Positions 17,799 to 26,346 of a stretch of DNA of 32,816 bases are shown here, one piece after another (within the stretch, counting starts at the first letter, position 1; each line of letters begins with the position of its first letter). The notes beneath the pieces are model-generated. The model made no database searches and was not told where the DNA came from. It saw nothing but the letters and a program-made list of their open reading frames with translations. The position numbers and the translations under genes were made by a program. The stretch covers positions 1 to 32,816 of IMG/VR virus record IMGVR_UViG_3300044512_002141; one strand, written 5' to 3'. Source of the DNA: a virus. Its lineage: Duplodnaviria > Caudoviricetes.

Positions 17799-18892
17799 TA
17801 GCGTCACCATTTAATGTAATATCAAAATCAATGGACAGCCATCGTGCTGCTCAAGGTGTTATCTATGCTAGTCAGCTAAAAGAAGCTGATGCTAGTCGCA
17901 GTATAGATATCTGTATGTCTGGGTTCCTCTATAAGGAAGATTGGAACCAGTATGATGAACTGTACGTATATCATGGGAATGATTGGGGTGGCTCTCTGAA
18001 TCTGTTTGGTGGATTGCAAAATTATAGTGGTATCTACAACTTCGTCAATTTCTCAAAGTTCAAAGGCACGGTGTACTCGCTCGTCATCGATATGGTCGAC
18101 TACTATGCCATTATGAAAGAGAAACTTGATAAGGCCAAAGAAAAAGGTCAAGAGTATAACGCTGAGTGGAACGAAGTTGATTGGGATAATCTTAAGCGTA
18201 TGTGTACAGAAGCCAAGACAATCGATCCCAATGCATTGAACCCGTCTCGTAAGATTGCTATCGGTGATAGTCATGCTATTTGCATGTATCGTCCTGGTTG
18301 GCAAAACATCTCTGTTCCATTTAAAACACTACACGGAGCATTGAAAGAAGGACTTGAAAGTTTCTTACCAAAAGGTGCATATAATGAGATTGAATTTTAT
18401 TTTGGTAACATCGATATTCGCCATCACCTCTGTCGACAAGATAATCCAGAAGAGGCAACAAAAGAATTAGTACGTAAGTATATCGAACAAGCAATGGCTC
18501 TTGCTAATTTTTATAACGCAAAAGTAAAACTATACGAGCCGCTACCTATTGAAAATCCTAGTCGTAAGATTCCAAAAACTGGTTGGCATAAAGGCGCACC
18601 ATTTTGTGGCGATTGGGCATCACGTAACTTTATTCGCAAACTATTTCGTGAAGAAATTAGAAAGAATCAAGGACAAGGAGTTGGTGTTGAATTATATGAG
18701 TGGGTAGGAGAGATGATAAATAATCAAGGTGAGTTAGATTTTGAATATATGGAAAAACCCCAATCCGTACACCTCTCTCGTCGATGGTATCCTCATTGGC
18801 AAGGTTACGAGTACAGTCACGCACCATATATTGACTACACACCTATTCCAGAGAGTGAGAATAAACCCACATCTCTCGAGGCGTTTTTCTAG
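17786..18892 (+). CDS. Conserved phage protein with C-terminal SGNH-hydrolase-like domain
   Basis: IAIGDSHA (GDS), FGNIDIRHH (GxxD), SVHLS (terminal His). Confidence 0.6.
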   Translation: MRGLVASPFNVISKSMDSHRAAQGVIYASQLKEADASRSIDICMSGFLYKEDWNQYDELYVYHGNDWGGSLNLFGGLQNYSGIYNFVNFSKFKGTVYSLVIDMVDYYAIMKEKLDKAKEKGQEYNAEWNEVDWDNLKRMCTEAKTIDPNALNPSRKIAIGDSHAICMYRPGWQNISVPFKTLHGALKEGLESFLPKGAYNEIEFYFGNIDIRHHLCRQDNPEEATKELVRKYIEQAMALANFYNAKVKLYEPLPIENPSRKIPKTGWHKGAPFCGDWASRNFIRKLFREEIRKNQGQGVGVELYEWVGEMINNQGELDFEYMEKPQSVHLSRRWYPHWQGYEYSHAPYIDYTPIPESENKPTSLEAFF

Positions 18893-18921
18893 TTTACAAA
18901 TGCTTGTTTTTATGGTAAGAT
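18892..18921 (+). promoter_or_regulatory. T4 early-type sigma70 promoter
   Basis: GTTTACA-N17-TAAGAT upstream of a GAGG RBS. Confidence 0.6.
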
Positions 18922-18942
18922 ATTCTAAAGTGAGGATATATT

Positions 18943-19905
18943 ATGGAACTTAAAATTGCAGTCGAAGAACTGCGAAAATATAAATTGTTTATTGCAACTC
19001 CAATGTATGGAGCAATGTGTTCTGGTATGTACACAAGAGCTATGGCAGATCTATCTGCTAAAATGGCAAAGTATCAGATTCCACTCCAGTTTTATTATCT
19101 GTTCAATGAATCATTGATTACTCGAGCTCGTAACTATTGTGTTGACGAGTTTATGCGGTCAGACTGCACACACATGCTATTCATTGATTCTGATATTGGT
19201 TTTAAAGCAGACGATGTAATTGCAATGATGGGTTTAATGATTCAAAACCCAGATGAATACGATGTGATGTGTGGTCCATATCCTAAAAAGACTATCTCTT
19301 GGGAAAAGATTGTGCAAGCTGTTAATCAAGGTGTAGCAGACGAGAATCCAAACGTTCTAGAAAATTATGTTGGCGATTTTGTATTCAATCCTATCAAACG
19401 CAAAGCAATTAAGATCAGTGATCCTGCAGAAGTAGCTGAAGGTGGTACTGGATTCATGATGATTCAAAAGCGGGTGTTTGAAGAGTATGCACAAAAATAT
19501 CCTCAATTTTATTATAAGCCAGATCATGTCCGCACTGAAAACTTTGATGGCAGTCGCGATATTATGGCATACTTCGATGCATTGATTGATGATAAATCAC
19601 AAAATCTTGTGCATGAAATTGAAGCATTCTTTGATAAAAATCCCGATGCTTCCAAAGAGGAAGTGATTAAATTTTTAGCAGATAAGAAGACAGGCATTCA
19701 TACTGCAGAGTATTCGAATAGATATTTGTCCGAAGACTACATGTTTTGTTATAATGTCAGACGTATGGGAAGGAAAGTGTGGATGTGTCCTTGGATTCAA
19801 CTGAAACATATCGGTTCTTATACATTCGGTGGTTCGTTATCACATATCGCTCAGATCAATGCTAGCGCAACAGCAGATCCATCTAAACTTGGTAAGAAAA
19901 AGTAG
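18943..19905 (+). CDS. GT-A fold glycosyltransferase-like protein
   Basis: LFIATPMYG, ESLITRARN, HMLFIDSDI (DxD), GTGFMMI, YLSEDYMFC, LKHIG. Confidence 0.78.
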   Translation: MELKIAVEELRKYKLFIATPMYGAMCSGMYTRAMADLSAKMAKYQIPLQFYYLFNESLITRARNYCVDEFMRSDCTHMLFIDSDIGFKADDVIAMMGLMIQNPDEYDVMCGPYPKKTISWEKIVQAVNQGVADENPNVLENYVGDFVFNPIKRKAIKISDPAEVAEGGTGFMMIQKRVFEEYAQKYPQFYYKPDHVRTENFDGSRDIMAYFDALIDDKSQNLVHEIEAFFDKNPDASKEEVIKFLADKKTGIHTAEYSNRYLSEDYMFCYNVRRMGRKVWMCPWIQLKHIGSYTFGGSLSHIAQINASATADPSKLGKKK

Positions 19906-19916
19906 GAAACTATATT

Positions 19917-20573
19917 ATGAAACTCAATACACGTACTATTCAAGTACTCAAAAACTTTGCGTCTATTAACCCGTCCATTCAGTTTTCTGAAGGCACGAGT
20001 CTCAAGACCATTTCACCAAACAAGACGATGATGGCTAAAGCCAAACTCGAAGATGTTATTCCTTCGACTTTTGCTATCTATGATTTGTCTCGTTTCCTTG
20101 GTGTTGTATCATTGTTCGAAGATCCGACTTATCAGATCGAAGATCGTATGGTTAACATCGGCGCACCTGGTCGAACAGTCAGTTATACATTCGCTGATCC
20201 TTCTACCATCATCACACCTCCCGATCGAGAGATTGTATTGGAAGAACCTGATGTAGTGTTCGAGCTCAAGCATGAAAACTTTGCTGAGATTATGAAAGCA
20301 CTCGGTGTGATGTCTTTCCCTGATCTCGTCGTTGTTGGCGAAGATGGTAATATCTTCCTTCGTGCAACTGACACTAAGAATCCATCTTCTGATAAATATG
20401 ATATCGAAGTTGGAACTACCGATCGTACCTTTACCGCAGTTTTCAAAACAGAAAACGTTAAGATCTTGCCGTCCTCCTACACGGTTAGTCTTTCCTCGAA
20501 GGGCATTTCTCACTTTGTGTCCGACGATGTAGAGTATTGGATCAGTCTCGAAGCTAACTCGACCTTCGAGTAA
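19917..20573 (+). CDS. gp45: Sliding clamp gp45
   Basis: MKL...T..VLKNFASINPSI, FAIYDLSRFL, YWISLE. Confidence 0.94.
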   Translation: MKLNTRTIQVLKNFASINPSIQFSEGTSLKTISPNKTMMAKAKLEDVIPSTFAIYDLSRFLGVVSLFEDPTYQIEDRMVNIGAPGRTVSYTFADPSTIITPPDREIVLEEPDVVFELKHENFAEIMKALGVMSFPDLVVVGEDGNIFLRATDTKNPSSDKYDIEVGTTDRTFTAVFKTENVKILPSSYTVSLSSKGISHFVSDDVEYWISLEANSTFE

Positions 20574-20667
20574 TACGATCAAAAGGGGGCACGGAACAGC
20601 TTGACGTGTCTGCCATGCGCGAAGGGATTGGGGCGACTGGCATTTATTTAATGAAAGTAGGTGATTT

Positions 20668-21606
20668 ATGCGTGATGATTTTTTATGGGTCGAGAAGTAT
20701 CGTCCCAAAACTGTAAGTGATACAATTCTACCTGTTGATCTAAAGAAAACATTTCAACAATTTGTCGATCAAAACAATATTCCAAATCTCATCCTCACTG
20801 GTGGTCCCGGTGTAGGTAAGACGACAGTCGCTCGAGCAATGCTAGAACAACTCGACTGCGATTACATCGTCATCAATGGCTCGATGAATGGCAACATCGA
20901 TACACTTCGTGTAGAGATACAACAGTTTGCCTCATCGGTCTCACTCAGTGGAGGTCGTAAGTACGTCATCCTTGACGAAGCTGACTATCTCAATCCAAAC
21001 TCCACTCAACCAGCACTTCGCAACTTCATGGAAGAATACTCCAAGAATTGCGGCTTCATTCTGACTTGTAATTTTAAGAACAAGATCATCGAACCTCTTC
21101 ACTCTCGATGCAGTGTGATCGAGTTCAAGATCGCCAAAGACGACAAGCCAGACATGGCAGCTCAACTCTTCAAGCGAGTTATTAACATCCTCAAATCCGA
21201 GAATGTAGACTTCGATCAGAAAGCAGTTGCCGAAGTAATTAGTAAATACTTCCCAGATAATCGAAGGATTCTGAATGAACTACAACGATACTCTGCTACT
21301 GGCAGGATTGACACTGGTGTACTCGCTAATCTACATGAGACTACACTACAAAATCTTGTTGGAGCTTTACGAGACAAAGACTTTACCACCGTCCGAAAGT
21401 GGGTCGCAGACAACTCAGACGTAGAAGCAGCTACCATCTTCCGTCAGATCTATAACAAGTGTTCTGACTTTCTAAAACCTGGCAGTGTGCCTCAACTCGT
21501 TCTCATCCTCGCCGATTATCAATACAAGGATGCATTCGTTGCTGATCACGAGATCAACATGACTGCATGCCTCACCGAAATCATGGTCAATTGTGAGTTC
21601 TCGTAA
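20668..21606 (+). CDS. gp44: Clamp loader ATPase gp44
   Basis: WVEKYRP, GGPGVGKTT, ILDEAD, LHSRC (SRC motif). Confidence 0.96.
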   Translation: MRDDFLWVEKYRPKTVSDTILPVDLKKTFQQFVDQNNIPNLILTGGPGVGKTTVARAMLEQLDCDYIVINGSMNGNIDTLRVEIQQFASSVSLSGGRKYVILDEADYLNPNSTQPALRNFMEEYSKNCGFILTCNFKNKIIEPLHSRCSVIEFKIAKDDKPDMAAQLFKRVINILKSENVDFDQKAVAEVISKYFPDNRRILNELQRYSATGRIDTGVLANLHETTLQNLVGALRDKDFTTVRKWVADNSDVEAATIFRQIYNKCSDFLKPGSVPQLVLILADYQYKDAFVADHEINMTACLTEIMVNCEFS

Positions 21607-21764
21607 TGTGGAGAATTTGGGCCAAATCGCTCGGAGAAAAAGTAGGCGAAACAGATTCACAAGCAGATGCTGTAGCTATCATCAGGACTTTCTGGTGGCT
21701 CCTCCATGTGATTACCTGTTTCTTTATAATCGTACATAATGGTCATAATTTAGGGTGGTGGTGA
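21606..21764 (+). CDS. 52-aa membrane protein MWRIWAKSLGEKVG... (not in ORF track)
   Basis: TAATG and TGATG coupling at both ends, one hydrophobic segment. Confidence 0.7.
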   Translation: MWRIWAKSLGEKVGETDSQADAVAIIRTFWWLLHVITCFFIIVHNGHNLGWW

Positions 21765-21943
21765 TGCTTAGGAGAAAACCAAAGAGAACATGCCAAACAC
21801 CGAACTGTAGCAATGTACTACCAGAAGAACCTGCTATAATATATGTAGGTGAGTATGCGTTCGATGTTTGTGAAGAGTGTGAGAAGTTGATGGATATTAT
21901 ACAAGAGAAAACGGAGGAGCACTATGGCGACGAGTCCATTTGA
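21764..21943 (+). CDS. Small putative zinc-binding protein
   Basis: CQTPNC...CEEC, TGATG coupling. Confidence 0.6.
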   Translation: MLRRKPKRTCQTPNCSNVLPEEPAIIYVGEYAFDVCEECEKLMDIIQEKTEEHYGDESI

Positions 21944-22313
21944 CTATCTGAACTCCATCAACGTCACAAAAAAGAATATGATGCGTGATACCGAGAACGA
22001 TACACTTGCCGAGAAAGACTATAACGCCTTTATCGTTAATCGCGGACTATCATATTTCCAAGATACTGTTACTGTTGCAAATGAAATGAATATTCATCAT
22101 GAGCTCGACCATCTTCTTCAATACGAGTTTCTTATAAATATTATTCGGCCACGAAAAAGGTTCTCTAAGTGGTTTAAAAAAGAGCAAGACAGTGACGTTG
22201 AAGCAATTGCAGAGTTCTATGGCTACAGTAATGAAAGAGCCGCACAAGCACTAACTATCCTGTCTAATGAGCAAATAAGAATAATAAAAGAAAAATTAGA
22301 AAAAGGTGGTTAA
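21924..22313 (+). CDS. gp62: Clamp loader small subunit gp62
   Basis: SPFDYLNSIN, YNAFIVNRGLS, NEMN, RKRFSKW, YGYS..A, KGG end. Confidence 0.93.
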   Translation: MATSPFDYLNSINVTKKNMMRDTENDTLAEKDYNAFIVNRGLSYFQDTVTVANEMNIHHELDHLLQYEFLINIIRPRKRFSKWFKKEQDSDVEAIAEFYGYSNERAAQALTILSNEQIRIIKEKLEKGG

Positions 22314-22315
22314 AT

Positions 22316-22714
22316 ATGAGTGCGGTAGAATCTCTAGTTGAAGTTACCCTCCAGAGTCAAGACGATTTCCTTAAGGTACGTGAAACACTTACACGTATCG
22401 GCATTGCATCTCCTAAAGAAAAGAAACTCTATCAGTCATGTCACATTCTCCATAAGCGTGGCAAGTATTACATTGTTCACTTCAAAGAATTGTTTGCCCT
22501 CGATGGCAAGCCTACAAATTTTTCTGAAGAGGATCAAGGCAGACGCAATACAATTACTAAACTTCTTTCTGACTGGAATCTTATCTCAGTTGTAAAAGAA
22601 GGAAACATCGAAGATCCAGCAGCTCCTATGAACCAAATTAAGATTATTGCTCATAAGGATAAGAACGAATGGGAGCTGGTAGCTAAATATAACATAGGTA
22701 ACAAGAAAAAGTAA
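22316..22714 (+). CDS. regA: Translational repressor RegA
   Basis: DDFLKVRETLTRIGIAS, LYQSCHILHKRGKYYIVHFKELFALDG, KYNIG. Confidence 0.97.
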   Translation: MSAVESLVEVTLQSQDDFLKVRETLTRIGIASPKEKKLYQSCHILHKRGKYYIVHFKELFALDGKPTNFSEEDQGRRNTITKLLSDWNLISVVKEGNIEDPAAPMNQIKIIAHKDKNEWELVAKYNIGNKKK

Positions 22715-22717
22715 ACG

Positions 22718-22790
22718 TAAGTTATTGATTTTCTTATGAAAAAAAATGTAACAAGTCGGCATGTACAAATGAAGCCCCGTATAGTAGAAT
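22718..22790 (+). promoter_or_regulatory. Early promoter with inverted IHF-consensus box
   Basis: TAAGTTATTGATT 22718-22730 is the reverse complement of AATCAATAACTTA. TGTACA(22762)-N17-TAGAAT(22785). Confidence 0.7.
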
Positions 22791-22812
22791 GGGCATGTAA
22801 TTTGGAGATTGT

Positions 22813-23346
22813 ATGACAAAAGTATACACCAAAAATGTTACTCCTGTCCAGCGCAAGTTGGTTAGGGATCTTATACCTTTCTGCGCCAAGAAACTTATGC
22901 CTCGTATCAAAGATCTGCAGATCACCGTTGTTGGTGTCAAGGATTTGGTAGAAAAGGAAGGCATACATGCAGACGTCATCTACGAATATGTAGATGCTAT
23001 CGTTCGTCCTAAAGACTACACTATTCGTGTTGATACAATGGACGATCTGCAAGAATTCGTGCGTGTCATCTGCCACGAAATGGTTCACGTTAAACAGTGG
23101 GCTCGTGGCGAGATGTACTCGTATGATAGACACCCCAATCTGACTCGTTGGCACAAGCAAAAGATTGACCACGACAAGATGGATTACTATGACCAACCAT
23201 GGGAAATCGAAGCCCATGGCCGGGAAGAAGGCCTTACGGTCTCTTTCTTACAAGAATATGAAAAGTGGGCAGGATTTGTCTATGGAATTATTGAAGATTA
23301 TAAAATGCAGCGACCACAGCAAATGGTACTCGACTCACGTTGGTAA
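22813..23346 (+). CDS. Zincin-type metalloprotein
   Basis: ICHEMVHVKQ (HExxH) and YYDQPWEIEA, with a GGAG RBS. Confidence 0.8.
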   Translation: MTKVYTKNVTPVQRKLVRDLIPFCAKKLMPRIKDLQITVVGVKDLVEKEGIHADVIYEYVDAIVRPKDYTIRVDTMDDLQEFVRVICHEMVHVKQWARGEMYSYDRHPNLTRWHKQKIDHDKMDYYDQPWEIEAHGREEGLTVSFLQEYEKWAGFVYGIIEDYKMQRPQQMVLDSRW

Positions 23347-23476
23347 AACCTTTCCGCTGATCGAAACATTTCCAACAGAATATCTTACACGTCAATTACC
23401 TGATAACAAATTCGGTATCAGGTTCTTGAACTATGTGTCAAAAGAAGATGCAGAGGTTGTAAATGAAGCGAACTGA
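23282..23476 (+). CDS. Hypothetical protein (start uncertain, 23282 or 23291)
   Basis: KIIKCSDHSKWYSTHVGKTF...; fills the gap to the next gene. Confidence 0.55.
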   Translation: MELLKIIKCSDHSKWYSTHVGKTFPLIETFPTEYLTRQLPDNKFGIRFLNYVSKEDAEVVNEAN

Positions 23477-23738
23477 AGATATTGAATTCTACCATGGCAG
23501 CGCGCTGATGTCAAAAGCCACCGAAGAATGTGGTGAATTGGTTCAGGCTATCTCGAAGTATGCTAATAAAGGTGGTAGACGAAACGAAAATAAAATACTT
23601 GAAGAAGCTGCAGATGCAATGGTAATGATAACCGCTCTAATAAAATATCTTGAAGCTGATGAAGATAAATTCTTCAAGCGAATCGAGAAGAGCAAAAAGA
23701 AATTTGACAGATACTATGAGGAGGATTATAGTGAGTGA
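23463..23738 (+). CDS. MazG-like nucleotide pyrophosphohydrolase
   Basis: EECGELVQAISK...ILEEAAD motif. Confidence 0.8.
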   Translation: MKRTEDIEFYHGSALMSKATEECGELVQAISKYANKGGRRNENKILEEAADAMVMITALIKYLEADEDKFFKRIEKSKKKFDRYYEEDYSE

Positions 23739-24015
23739 AGTCGATAATGTAGGAACTCTCGTTACACTTGTAACAGCAGGTGGCGAGATGGTGGGTCGAT
23801 ATCTTGGTGAAGATGACGATAGTATTAAGATTGAATCCCCGCGAGCTTTCGTGCAAACAGAAAAAGGTGTTGGTTTTGCACCGTCTGTATGTTTGACTGG
23901 TAAGCGTGAACCTGAAATGGTATCATTCGGTAAGTATCAAGTAATTCTTATTGTTGAGACTAATGCAGAGATTGAGAAGTTGTGGCTTCAAGCGACAACT
24001 GGTTTGGTAGTATGA
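23731..24015 (+). CDS. Hypothetical Sm-like fold phage protein
   Basis: GGAGG RBS and GTG start. VTLVT..GEMVGR...PR, ending ATTGLVV. Confidence 0.7.
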   Translation: MSEVDNVGTLVTLVTAGGEMVGRYLGEDDDSIKIESPRAFVQTEKGVGFAPSVCLTGKREPEMVSFGKYQVILIVETNAEIEKLWLQATTGLVV

Positions 24016-24587
24016 GAGATAAACTAATCCTCACTGATTGTGATGGAGTAATGCTCGATTGGATGTATTCTTTCGATCAATGGATGAAACGCCATGGTTA
24101 TCGTATCCAAAATGCAGGTGAATATGACATTGGTAAAAAGTATGAAGTAGGTTTTGTTGAGAAGAAAAAACTTACTCGTATGTTTAATGAGTCTGCTTCC
24201 ATTCGTAAGATACCACCACTACGAGATGCTATTAAGTATATTCGCAAATTGCATGAAGAACATGGATATGTGTTCCATGTAATCACATCATTAAGTGATG
24301 ACGAGTATGCCCAACATCTCAGGACGAAGAATCTTTGTGAGACGTTTGGTCATACAGTCTTCGAGAAATATGTGTACCTCGACTGCGGTGCTGATAAGGA
24401 TGAAGCACTTGCTAAGTACGAAGGTAGCGGTTGTTATTGGATCGAAGACAAACCAGAGAATGCAATCGCCGGCCAAAAAGTTGGTCTAAATACTTTGCTG
24501 ATGGCGCACGGTCATAATGTTAATCAAAAAGAAGCCATGGTCCGTGTACAAAACTGGAAAGAGATTTACGAGATTATTGTTGGATGA
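24012..24587 (+). CDS. HAD-superfamily phosphatase / 5'-nucleotidase-like (T4 30.2-like)
   Basis: ILTDCDGVMLDW (DxDGV), VITS, K, WIEDKPEN. Confidence 0.82.
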   Translation: MRDKLILTDCDGVMLDWMYSFDQWMKRHGYRIQNAGEYDIGKKYEVGFVEKKKLTRMFNESASIRKIPPLRDAIKYIRKLHEEHGYVFHVITSLSDDEYAQHLRTKNLCETFGHTVFEKYVYLDCGADKDEALAKYEGSGCYWIEDKPENAIAGQKVGLNTLLMAHGHNVNQKEAMVRVQNWKEIYEIIVG

Positions 24588-26101
24588 TTGTAGATAACCC
24601 CGAAATTCCAAATTATTACCATGTCGTGTATGCGGGAAAAAAGGAAAACATTAAAGGAAAACCTATCGAGCAATACTTCGAAGATTTTAGACATGTTCGT
24701 ATTGTTCCTTATGATATAATTCGGGATCGTACTTTTTCTAAAAATTGTCCTAATGAACTTTTTAGTAATACAGTACAAAAATTTACAACGCGAGTAGCTA
24801 ATGAAGAAGTCGACGTAGATAATTTTACAAACTCGCCAGACTTTCAAACTATAGAATACTATTATCGTTGGTTAATCAAAATGAATTGGTTGATCAATGA
24901 TATTCGTACTAAAGGATGTTGCGAACCGATATGGGGTACAATTGTTCCTAGTTTCAATAAACTTGGCGGAGTAGATTACACCTACCATGTGCATCCAGGT
25001 ACATTTAGAGTATCTGCTTTTGAGATTATGGAACGAAATGAACAGTGTGTTGTTTTTGATGCGTTCGAAGTATTTCATGATTACCCAAAGGCATCACTAG
25101 CACAAATACTTGAATTGTATAACGATCCTGTTGGCACAGATGTAGAGATCAATATACTACAGCAAGACACAAGTTATATGACACCTCAGATCATGAACAT
25201 GCATCCCAAAGGTTTAAATTGTAGTATGACACCTTCTCTCAAGAAATGGGAAAAGAGAGTCAGACACATGTTCAATGCGCCACTCAAGATTTTTATAGGA
25301 TATGATAGTAGACATAATGATGCTACTAATGTATGTCATAACAGTATACTAGAAACACTCGATAAAAGAGAAAGAGATAAAGTAGAGATTATACATCTCG
25401 ATACCTCAAAGATTCCAGGTTGGGAAAGAGAATACAAAAATCAATCGACTGAGTTCTCATACTCTCGCTTTCTTGTACCATATCTGTCAGACTACAAAGG
25501 AATCAGTATCTTTGTCGACGATGACTTTATCTTTAGAAAAAATCCACTCGTACTCGCATTATTCTTGACACATAATCACAGTGTAGCTTGTGTTAAACAT
25601 GACTTTGAGAAAAAGTTTGACACTAAATTTAATGGTGAGAAAGATGTTTGGTATCCTAAAAAACTATGGTCGAGTTTAATGGTGTTCAACAACTCTCATC
25701 CAGACTGTAAGAAGCTAACTCTCGATTCAGTACAACGAGAGAGCGGCAAGTTTTTGCACCAATTTGAATGGACAAACGACAGTAAAATTGCTGACTTGCC
25801 TGCTAAATGGAATTGGTGTGAAGGGTATCATGATGTCATGGATGCTCATAAATCGTTAGGATTACATTGGACTCGTGGCGGTCCATGGATCGATGATATG
25901 AATACTACACATATTGCCATGCTTGAGCTTTATGACTGGTATAGGCTAAGACGCTTAGTAGGTGTAGGTGAAAGGTTTACATATCAAGAAAAACAGGTTA
26001 GTATATTAGATATGAAACATTATTATGACATCGAAAATCCTGTAAAAGTTGAAGCTGATGGCACCAGGATTTGTAGATCGATAAATAAAGATGTTCGATG
26101 A
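24584..26101 (+). CDS. Two-domain protein: ParB/Srx-like N-terminus plus GT8-like glycosyltransferase C-terminus
   Basis: C-terminal half: KIFIGYDSR, QSTEFSYSRFLVPYL, FVDDDF, YPKKLWSSLMVFN, WNW, HWTRGGPW. N-terminal half: LINDIRTKG..EPI...VHPGTFR. Confidence 0.75.
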   Translation: MIVDNPEIPNYYHVVYAGKKENIKGKPIEQYFEDFRHVRIVPYDIIRDRTFSKNCPNELFSNTVQKFTTRVANEEVDVDNFTNSPDFQTIEYYYRWLIKMNWLINDIRTKGCCEPIWGTIVPSFNKLGGVDYTYHVHPGTFRVSAFEIMERNEQCVVFDAFEVFHDYPKASLAQILELYNDPVGTDVEINILQQDTSYMTPQIMNMHPKGLNCSMTPSLKKWEKRVRHMFNAPLKIFIGYDSRHNDATNVCHNSILETLDKRERDKVEIIHLDTSKIPGWEREYKNQSTEFSYSRFLVPYLSDYKGISIFVDDDFIFRKNPLVLALFLTHNHSVACVKHDFEKKFDTKFNGEKDVWYPKKLWSSLMVFNNSHPDCKKLTLDSVQRESGKFLHQFEWTNDSKIADLPAKWNWCEGYHDVMDAHKSLGLHWTRGGPWIDDMNTTHIAMLELYDWYRLRRLVGVGERFTYQEKQVSILDMKHYYDIENPVKVEADGTRICRSINKDVR

Positions 26102-26346
26102 AGTTTGTATTAAGAAGTTTGGACGCGGGTTCGACTCCCGCCGCCTCCACCAATTTTGCGGTACCCAGTTTCGGGGGCGTTATGGATTCGACAGGCAACT
26201 GAAAGCAAATGGAGAACCGTCCATGAACGCTGACGTAAAACGGTGGTTCAAAACTACAACTGCCAATGATGACAGTTACTACGGTGATTACGCACTAGCT
26301 GCATAATCCCGCGGGGCGGCCACTGCCTTGTGATCCAAGTGTGGCA
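26092..26346 (+). ncRNA. ssrA: Circularly permuted (two-piece) tmRNA
   Basis: The acceptor piece with T-arm GCGGG-TTCGACT-CCCGC and CGCCTCC-A-CCA (ends 26152) comes first. A 20-nt spacer follows, then GGGGGCG-TTATGGATTCGAC (26173), which forms a 7-bp acceptor stem with G3.U70. Tag ORF 26262-26306 is ANDDSYYGDYALAA*. Outer ends are approximate. Confidence 0.93.

Noticed and set aside
22133-22140. TATAAATA inside gp62 (also at 11745-11752)
   Set aside because: Both lie within coding sequence in AT-rich DNA and may be chance matches. They cannot be supported as late promoters without TSS data.
26121-26152. Possible tRNA gene (T-arm plus CCA)
   Set aside because: There is no upstream acceptor 5' strand, D-arm or anticodon arm. 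The pairing strand lies downstream, as expected for a permuted tmRNA.
26091-26306. 71-aa ORF in the track (MFDEV...YALAA)
   Set aside because: It is a shadow of the tmRNA gene. Only the last 14 codons (the tag) are meaningful.
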